DNA of 57,724 nucleotides from an uncultured Bacilli bacterium (GTDB lineage Bacteria; Bacillota_I; Bacilli_A; RF39; UBA660): NCBI GenBank assembly GCA_947628095.1, contig CANQYO010000001.1, positions 1 to 57,724 of the forward strand, read 5' to 3'. Shown piece by piece: positions 48,484 to 57,724 of this stretch (position 1 is its first letter; each line of letters starts with the position of its first letter). The notes under the pieces were generated by a model. It saw only the letters and a program-made list of their open reading frames with translations, ran no database searches and was not told where the DNA came from. The position numbers and the translations under genes were made by a program.

Positions 48484-48520
48484 CAAAAAAAATATACGTA
48501 AAAACGTCTTGTTTTTACGC
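48484..48520 (-). terminator. Intrinsic terminator/attenuator immediately upstream of the MATE-fusion gene
   Basis: On the - strand: CGTAAAAAC-aagac-GTTTTTACG followed by TATATTTTTTTT. It sits only ~33 nt before the MATE ATG. A TTGAAA-16-TATAAT promoter candidate lies further upstream. Confidence 0.6.
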
Positions 48521-48629
48521 ATATATATGCTGGAGCAGACTTATTAATTATATAACTTTTAAAAATTTTTTCAAGAAAGAAATTTAAAAAAATTAAATAA
48601 AAATTCTTGAAATTATATTGATTATTATA

Positions 48630-49076
48630 TTAATTTTTAGCATAAATACAATTAATTATTCCAAAAATTATACATAAAATTCCTAAAATTGAAATATCTA
48701 ATTGTGATATAAAATTGATAAAAAAGCAAATAAACATCATAACACCTGATATTAAGAAAAATGATTTGTTAGAAGATGCTAATAAAAGTAAAATACCTGC
48801 TGTTATTCCTAATACTCCAGGAATTGTATAAACAAAAATTGGAAATTCGAGATTTAGACTATTTTGAAAACCAGCTATTAAAACACAAAAACTTAAAATG
48901 ATAAAAATAATTCCTACTATCATAGAATAAGTTTTATGATTTGTTGTTTTCTTAGTATCACTTGAAATATTTTCATAATTTTTTTCTTTATTCTTATTTA
49001 CATAAACCCCACAATTTAAACAAACATCGGCTCCTTCTTTTAAAGGATGTCCGCAATTGGTACAAAATTTATTCAT
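48630..49076 (-). CDS. Zinc-ribbon membrane protein
   Basis: 148 aa; CTNCGHPLKEGADVCLNCG zinc ribbon followed by 3-4 TM segments. Confidence 0.6.
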   Translation of the reverse strand: MNKFCTNCGHPLKEGADVCLNCGVYVNKNKEKNYENISSDTKKTTNHKTYSMIVGIIFIILSFCVLIAGFQNSLNLEFPIFVYTIPGVLGITAGILLLLASSNKSFFLISGVMMFICFFINFISQLDISILGILCIIFGIINCIYAKN

Positions 49077-49097
49077 ATTAACTCCTAATTATTTATA

Positions 49098-51445
<2,348 letters not shown>

Positions 51446-51462
<17 letters not shown>

Positions 51463-52366
51463 AAGGGTACTCTCCTTTTTCAATAAGATTATTAAGTTCT
51501 TTTACAACAAAATCCTTATCTTCTTTATAAGTAACACCTAACCATTTATCAACTGACTCTAAAACTTTAACTTTTTTACCATTTTTAATGGTTTCAAAGA
51601 CAACATCTGGAATTAAATACTCACATTTTTCCAAATTATTTTTATTATTTTCAAGAAATTTTTTAAAACCACTTTCTAATATTTCAAAAATATCATTTCG
51701 AAAGCCAAAGAAATTCATAGAAACTAAATCTTCAGGGTTAACACTAAATTCTTCTCTTCCATCAAGTGGTGTAGCAATAATATCTATACCATCTTCTCTA
51801 TTTTCTGGAACTTTAAATTCTAGAGAAGATTCAATTATATTAGTTAAGTAAGAGTTAAGACATTCACATACTCCTCGTTTAACACTTCCATTTCCTGACA
51901 TAGTATTAATAACTTTAAAAGATACCATTGCATAATCATTATTATCTTCTTTAAAGAAATCATAAATTTTCTTATAAGCATCATATCCATAGAAATCGTC
52001 AGAATTAATCATAACAAAGTTTCCTTTGATAACATCCTTACAAGAAAGAATAGCATGAGCAGTTCCCCAAGGTTTAACACGATTACTTGGTACTTCAAAT
52101 TCACTTGGAACATCATTTAAATCTTGGAAAACATATTCTACATCTATATGTCCTTCAATTCTTTTTCCAATTGTATCTCTAAATATTTCATAGTTTTCTT
52201 CTTTAATTATAAAAACTATTTTAGTAAACCCTGCTCTAATGGCATCATAAATTGAATAATCAATAATAAATTCTCCATTAGGACCAATTGGTTCAATTTG
52301 TTTAAGTCCTCCAAATCTTGAGCCCATTCCGGCTGCTAAAATTACTAAAGTCAAATCTTTTTTCAT
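51446..52366 (-). CDS. Sugar-phosphate nucleotidyltransferase family protein
   Basis: 306 aa; N-terminal LAAGMGSRFGGLKQ nucleotide-binding loop. Confidence 0.7.
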
Positions 52367-52373
52367 AAATCTA

Positions 52374-54512
52374 TCACACCTTTCTTAAATTTTTATGACT
52401 ATATACAAGAGTTTTAACTCCATAAGGTAATTTAAATGCTATTTTAAGTAACGTTCTTGATGGGTCCTTTTTATTTTCAATAACAGAAACTACTTTACCA
52501 GGTCCAAATGTATCATGATAAACAAAATCATTTACTTTATATGTAACTTCTGTATTATTGTATACTTCTTCTTGATTAATAACTTTTTTCTCTTCTGATT
52601 TTATATCTTCATCATTGAATATTACTTTAATTCCAACATTATCTAATAAGTCATCATCTATTTCACTAATAAATCTACTAACCGGGTTTATTTGCTCTTG
52701 TCCATATAATAATCTAATTCTTGCATTAGTTAAATACAATTTCTTTTTACATCTAGTAATAGCAACATAACAAAGTCGTCTTTCTTCTTCAATTTCTTCG
52801 TCATTCATTAAAGAATTAGTATGTGGAAATAAATTTTCTTCCATTCCAACTAGAAATACATAATCATATTCAAGTCCTTTAACTGCATGAATAGTCATTA
52901 AATTAACGGCATTTTTTTCTTCTTTAACCTCAGAATTATCAGTAATTAAACTAATATTTAAAAGAAAATCTTCTAAAGAAATAATACCTGTTTCTTCTTG
53001 AAATGCTAAAGCTACCGATTTAAATTCCTCTAAGTTTTCAAGTCTAACATCTGCTTCAAGTGATTTTTCACTTTCATATTCTTTTTTTATACCTGATTTA
53101 TCTAATACTAAATCAATAAAATCAACTAAAGGTAATGTATCTTTCTTTTCACGAAGTTCATTAATTAAATTTTTAAATTGTAATTCTTTTCCAGATTTTA
53201 TTGCATCAAATAAACTTACATTTTCTTCCATAGCTGTAATTGCTAAATTACTAATGGTTTTAGAACCTATTCCTCTTTTAGGAACATTAATAACTCTTTC
53301 CAAACTAACATCATCTAAAGGATTATGAATAATTCTTAAATAAGCTAATAAGTTTTTAATTTCCAAACGATTATAGAAATTAACTCCACCAATTATTTTG
53401 TAAGGAATATTGGCTTTTAATAACCCATCTTCAAATGTTCTTGATTGAGCATTAGTTCGATATAAAATAACAATATCTTTATAGGAAACACCATCATGCT
53501 CTAATTCTTTTATTTTATCTATAACAAAATTTACTTCGTCTAGTCCTGAACTAGCTCTATAATAACTTATTTTATCTCCAATATCTAAATTTGAAAACAA
53601 ATTTTTCTCTTTACGATTAACATTATGACTAATAACACTATTAGCTGCTTTTAAAATAGTTTTAGTACTTCGATAATTCTCTTCTAGATTTATAATTTTA
53701 GTATTAGGATAATCTTTTTCAAAATTTAAAATATTTCGGTAATTAGCTCCTCTAAAACCATAAATTGCTTGGTCAACATCTCCAACACAACAAATATTTT
53801 TGTATTTACTTGCTAAAAGCTTAGTTAATTTATATTGAGCTTCATTTGTATCTTGATATTCGTCAATTAATATATATTTAAACTTTTCTTGATATTTTTC
53901 CAATATATCTTTTTTAGCTGTAAATAATTTAATTGGTAAAACTAATAAATCGTCAAAATCTAAAGAATTATTTTTATTTAAAGTATCTTCATACTTAGAA
54001 TATACAGAAGAAACTACATCTTCAAAATCATTGAATGCTTGTCGTTTAAATTTTTCAGGAGTAATTAACTCATTTTTTAAACTACTTATTTTAGCTCTTA
54101 TAGCTCTTGGGTTAAATTCAGTAGTATCAATATTTTTTTCCTTTAAGATTTTTTTAATAATAGTTAAAGAATCGTCACTATCAAAAATTACAAAGTTTTT
54201 ATCATAACCAAGGTATTCAAAATTTTCTTTAATTATTCTAAGTCCAAAAGAATGAAAGGTTGAAATTTGCATAGTTTTAGCAAAATAACCAATTAAACTA
54301 TAAATTCGACTTTTCATTTCTCCAGCAGCTTTATTGGTAAAAGTAATAGCCAAAATATTATCTGGGTCTACACCTTCTTCTATTAAATGAGCTATTCTAG
54401 TTGTTAAAACTCTCGTTTTCCCACTTCCAGCTCCAGCTAAAACTAATAAAGGCCCATTTTTGTATGTAACTGCTTCTAATTGTTGTTTGTTTAATTTATC
54501 TAATATATTCAT
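52374..54512 (-). CDS. pcrA: ATP-dependent DNA helicase PcrA (UvrD family)
   Basis: 712 aa; GAGSGKT Walker A, DEYQDTN, and further SF1 motifs (VGDVDQAIYGFRGA, TIHAVKGLEYD). Confidence 0.93.
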   Translation of the reverse strand: MNILDKLNKQQLEAVTYKNGPLLVLAGAGSGKTRVLTTRIAHLIEEGVDPDNILAITFTNKAAGEMKSRIYSLIGYFAKTMQISTFHSFGLRIIKENFEYLGYDKNFVIFDSDDSLTIIKKILKEKNIDTTEFNPRAIRAKISSLKNELITPEKFKRQAFNDFEDVVSSVYSKYEDTLNKNNSLDFDDLLVLPIKLFTAKKDILEKYQEKFKYILIDEYQDTNEAQYKLTKLLASKYKNICCVGDVDQAIYGFRGANYRNILNFEKDYPNTKIINLEENYRSTKTILKAANSVISHNVNRKEKNLFSNLDIGDKISYYRASSGLDEVNFVIDKIKELEHDGVSYKDIVILYRTNAQSRTFEDGLLKANIPYKIIGGVNFYNRLEIKNLLAYLRIIHNPLDDVSLERVINVPKRGIGSKTISNLAITAMEENVSLFDAIKSGKELQFKNLINELREKKDTLPLVDFIDLVLDKSGIKKEYESEKSLEADVRLENLEEFKSVALAFQEETGIISLEDFLLNISLITDNSEVKEEKNAVNLMTIHAVKGLEYDYVFLVGMEENLFPHTNSLMNDEEIEEERRLCYVAITRCKKKLYLTNARIRLLYGQEQINPVSRFISEIDDDLLDNVGIKVIFNDEDIKSEEKKVINQEEVYNNTEVTYKVNDFVYHDTFGPGKVVSVIENKKDPSRTLLKIAFKLPYGVKTLVYSHKNLRKV

Positions 54513-54616
54513 AATTTCCCTCTATCCATGACCTAATATTATTTTATCAAATAACCAACTTAAAGTCCATTTAATAGTTAAATATTTACAAAAAAAATAC
54601 GAATAATCGTACTTTT

Positions 54617-55519
54617 CTATTTTACATCTTGATATTCATAACCAACAAGTAATAAATTATCATTACTTGTATCTACTATATAGATATATTTATCAAATTT
54701 ACTAAAATCTTCGTCTTTAATATTATCTTCTACAAATTTATAAGCATCATATGTTTCCATATCAATTTCTGAAGCAGCAAACAATAAATCTTCGTCTTTA
54801 ATTTCTGAAGCAGCTTTCGCTCTACTATCAGTAAATTCAAAAGCTGGTCCCTCAGCTAAAAGACCAAAAACTTTAGCATAAGTTAAAGTATATAAATCAC
54901 CATCTTCTTTAACACTTAAAAGTTTTGAATAAAATTCGTCAATTCTTAAACCACCATGTCCTCTAACAGTTTCATCGTATTCATATCGTTTATTTTCTTG
55001 ATTATATTTTATATGACACTCATCTTTACCATCCCAAGTATCACACATTAAATCTTTATTTTCAAATTTAATTTCATTTTTAAAAATATTACTAAAATAT
55101 GTTTTAAAGTTTTCTTCTGTTGGCTTAGAACTAAAACCTTCTTGTCCAATACTATCAAGGTAATGATAATATTCTTCTGGTAAAATTAACTTTTCATCAT
55201 TAGTTAATGTATTAAAATCACTTACATTTTTAGTTAAACTATTAATAGTTGTTAAACGTAAATCTTCATATTTAGTATCAAAAGCTTTAGCAACTTCTAA
55301 ACCATGTCCTGTAATACTTGCATCATAATGATAAATATTTGGAGTTGTTTCATTATCTTCAACTATATCAGTATTTTGATTATTATCTTTTTCTTCGTCA
55401 AATAAATGAGTTCCTCTTATATAAACAAATCCAACCGCACCAATTAATAAAACAATTAAGATTATTATCATAAAAACATAAAATGGCTTTTTCCCCTTAC
55501 TCTTTTTTTCTTCTTCCAT
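54617..55519 (-). CDS. Hypothetical membrane-anchored protein
   Basis: 300 aa; one N-terminal TM (FYVFMIIILIVLLIGAVGFVYI), acidic external domain. Confidence 0.5.
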   Translation of the reverse strand: MEEEKKSKGKKPFYVFMIIILIVLLIGAVGFVYIRGTHLFDEEKDNNQNTDIVEDNETTPNIYHYDASITGHGLEVAKAFDTKYEDLRLTTINSLTKNVSDFNTLTNDEKLILPEEYYHYLDSIGQEGFSSKPTEENFKTYFSNIFKNEIKFENKDLMCDTWDGKDECHIKYNQENKRYEYDETVRGHGGLRIDEFYSKLLSVKEDGDLYTLTYAKVFGLLAEGPAFEFTDSRAKAASEIKDEDLLFAASEIDMETYDAYKFVEDNIKDEDFSKFDKYIYIVDTSNDNLLLVGYEYQDVK

Positions 55520-55604
55520 ATCTATACTCCTTATTATAATTACATTATATTATAATTTAGTTTTATTTTCAAGATATTCAAACTTTATAAAATATCAAAT
55601 GAAT

Positions 55605-56057
55605 TTACTTTATAGTAATTGGACTTTTCATTAATTGTTTTAATTTTTTTCTTCGAATACCGTTTTTAAAATCATGAAATAGCTCTAATTCTACAACTTC
55701 CCAGATAAAAACCCATCCTCCAATTAAGAATATTTCGTCAAAAATACTTGTTTCTTCTAATAATCTAGACATAACTAAAAAGAAAAGACCTATGAAAAAA
55801 TAAATAACTTGTATAATATTACCCCTTATTTTTTCATTACTTAACTTTTTATATTCCATTTTAAAACCTTCTTGAATTAAATTTTTAGCATCAAGTTTTG
55901 TCTTATTATTAATTAATATTTCAATCTTAGCATCATAATCTACTTTAAGAGATTTATCAATAATATATTTTATTAAATCTCTTGAGACAACATCTTTATT
56001 ATATTTTTCTACTAAATCTTCTTTATTTTCAATATCTACTTCTATTATATTATTCAT
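55605..56057 (-). CDS. Hypothetical two-TM membrane protein
   Basis: 150 aa; TMs IIQVIYFFIGLFFLVMS and IFLIGGWVFIWEVV. Confidence 0.45.
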   Translation of the reverse strand: MNNIIEVDIENKEDLVEKYNKDVVSRDLIKYIIDKSLKVDYDAKIEILINNKTKLDAKNLIQEGFKMEYKKLSNEKIRGNIIQVIYFFIGLFFLVMSRLLEETSIFDEIFLIGGWVFIWEVVELELFHDFKNGIRRKKLKQLMKSPITIK

Positions 56058-56109
56058 ACTTCCTCCTAGAATAATTATAACATAATTTATTTATTTTTAA
56101 GATTTTTTA

Positions 56110-56826
56110 TTATAATTCGATACCAAAAAATTTTGAAGCTATTTGTTTTCTTTCAGGATAATCTTTTTCTTTAATTATTTCCTCAAATTTTTCTTTTTCA
56201 TAAGTAATAACTTTTTTTAATATTTCAACTGAATTATCTAATTCAATAATTGTATAATTAGTTATATTTCCTTTTACACAACCTGACGAACCAACATCAA
56301 TTAATTTTTTATCATCAACTTCAATAGTAAAAGCATTATGTTCATGTCCTATAAAAATATAATCGGCTCCAATTCTTTTAATAACATCGTTTAAAGAATC
56401 TTTTAATACTGTTAAAAGTGTTGTACTATAAAATGGATATTTAATATTTTTATCTTTAATTAAAAAATGATTAAACAAAAGTTTATTATCATTATATTTA
56501 CATTCAATGAATAAAGGACATTTTTCTAAAAATTCTTTTTCTTTTTCTCCTAAACTATTTTCAATGTATTTATAATGTTCTATTTGACTAGTATCAACAG
56601 TACAATCTATATTAAAACCAAATAAATAGCATAATTCATGATTTCCAAGAACTAATTTAATTTTATTTTCAATTATTAAATCTAAACATTCTTTACTTTG
56701 AGGTCCTAACCCTATTACATCACCTAAACAAATTATATCGTCTATATTTTCATTTTTTATATCTTCTAAAATTGTCTCTAAAGCTTCTAAATTTCCATGA
56801 ATATCTGAAAAAACTACTATTCTCAT
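56110..56826 (-). CDS. Metallophosphoesterase (YfcE/MJ0936-like)
   Basis: 238 aa; MRIVVFSDIHGN, GDVIGLGP, GNHE and GHEH motifs. Confidence 0.85.
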   Translation of the reverse strand: MRIVVFSDIHGNLEALETILEDIKNENIDDIICLGDVIGLGPQSKECLDLIIENKIKLVLGNHELCYLFGFNIDCTVDTSQIEHYKYIENSLGEKEKEFLEKCPLFIECKYNDNKLLFNHFLIKDKNIKYPFYSTTLLTVLKDSLNDVIKRIGADYIFIGHEHNAFTIEVDDKKLIDVGSSGCVKGNITNYTIIELDNSVEILKKVITYEKEKFEEIIKEKDYPERKQIASKFFGIEL

Positions 56827-56995
56827 CTAATTCACCTCTTTTATTTTATTATTACATAAACTTTTTAAATGTCTTTATTTTAATCTATATTTATAATATT
56901 TTCAATATTTTTTACTAAATTATTAGTTTTTATACCAAAATAAAAAAGAAAATATAGATTTTAAATAATTAATTTATTAAACTTAAAATTATATT

Positions 56996-57063
56996 AAAAA
57001 AGCATAAACTAGTTTTTCTAATTTATGCTTTTATTCTATTTTCTATTTACTTTCTATTTTCTT
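56996..57063. repeat. 68-bp repeat, copy 1 (gene 3' end plus terminator hairpin)
   Basis: Identical, apart from a 1-nt T indel, to 57468-57536; contains the hairpin agcataaa / tttatgct. Confidence 0.85.
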
Positions 57064-57310
57064 TAATTATTTCTTCTAATTCGTCATCAGATAAATTAGA
57101 TATTTCCTTAATATCTTCTTTTGATAACCCTTTATGTAACATATTAATAACCATTTCTCTTTCTTTTTGGATAAGTCCTTCTTTTATCCCTTCTTCTTTT
57201 CCTTCAGCATGACTTGCTTCTCTTTCTTCTGCTATGATGCCGTTTAATATCATTTGCTCATCTTCTTCTTTACTTATATACCTTGTCCATAATTCGTCAT
57301 CATTATTCAT
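57047..57310 (-). CDS. Small acidic protein, tandem paralog 1
   Basis: 87 aa. The EGKEEGIKEGLIQKEREMVINMLHKGLSKEDIKEISNLSDDELEEI pattern is reminiscent of the C-terminal tails of Rpn/YhgA-like nucleases (from memory only). Confidence 0.5.
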   Translation of the reverse strand: MNNDDELWTRYISKEEDEQMILNGIIAEEREASHAEGKEEGIKEGLIQKEREMVINMLHKGLSKEDIKEISNLSDDELEEIIKENRK

Positions 57311-57467
57311 TCTTTCTACTCCTTTTCTTTATTTTTAAGAGTCCCTTTATTCTTTTTATTTATCTCCTTCCTAGAAGTTTTTTATCCTTCTATTATAATA
57401 TACTCGATTTTTTCTCAATATCTTTAAAGTTATTAAAAATTTTTTAATTTTTTTACATATTTACATA

Positions 57468-57536
57468 AAAAAAGCATAAACTAGTTTTTTCTAATTTATG
57501 CTTTTATTCTATTTTCTATTTACTTTCTATTTTCTT
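57468..57536. repeat. 68-bp repeat, copy 2
   Basis: See copy 1 at 56996-57063. Confidence 0.85.
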
Positions 57537-57724
57537 CTAGAATTTCTTCTACTTGGTCTTTACTTAACCCACTAGCTGAACTTATTATATCTATACTTAC
57601 ACCACTATTATAGAAATTAATAACCATGTCTTTTTTAGCTTGTAATGTTCCTTGTTCCATTCCTTCTTCTTTTCCTTTAGTGTGACCTTCATTAAAACTT
57701 ATCTCTTTTTCTTCTGCTATTATT
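57520..57724 (-). CDS. Small acidic protein, tandem paralog 2 (5' end outside the window)
   Basis: Hand translation of the - strand gives ...IIAEEKEISFNEGHTKGKEEGMEQGTLQAKKDMVINFYNSGVSIDIISSASGLSKDQVEEILEENRK*. Confidence 0.5.
   Translation of the reverse strand, partial: IIAEEKEISFNEGHTKGKEEGMEQGTLQAKKDMVINFYNSGVSIDIISSASGLSKDQVEEILEENRK

Overview
Very AT-rich (judged by eye, not computed) chromosomal segment from a low-GC Gram-positive (Bacillota-type) bacterium. It reads cleanly with the standard bacterial code: AlaS (892 aa) and ValS (844 aa) are uninterrupted, so TGA is not needed as Trp. Most of the window is housekeeping: cmk-alaS-holA, upp, mscL, rarA, xerD-deoB, mnmA, rseP-cdsA, rplU-prp-rpmA, nusB-xseA-xseB, valS, lepA-hemW, ligA and pcrA, plus the sporulation-type genes spoIIP and spoIIM-like. 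Gene orientation flips in the middle. 12 of 14 solid CDS left of about 16.2 kb are on the + strand, and all 35 CDS right of about 24.4 kb are on the - strand, which is the pattern expected at a replication terminus. At the flip lies a 28-bp dif-like XerC/XerD site (16919-16946). Directly next to it is the one clearly accessory element: a roughly 6.8-kb prophage with the gene set of a filamentous phage (inovirus). It encodes an HUH rolling-circle Rep, a Zot/pI-like P-loop ATPase, a pVIII-like 68-aa coat protein, C-terminally anchored pIII-like proteins, many tiny hydrophobic ORFs and an XRE repressor. It has no integrase and no secretin. A second dif-like site (23752-23779) bounds it, followed by a decayed stub of a second copy. 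This looks like an XerCD-dependent (IMEX-type) filamentous prophage in the terminus dif of a Gram-positive host, with xerD about 2.4 kb away. Secondary observations are a canonical T-box leader on valS, an atypical T-box-like leader before cmk-alaS, an unknown ORF translationally coupled between xseA and xseB, a MATE transporter fused to a cytidylate-kinase-like domain behind a terminator that overlaps a leader peptide, and tandem paralogous small genes at the right edge. All functional calls come from motif recognition by eye; no database search was run.
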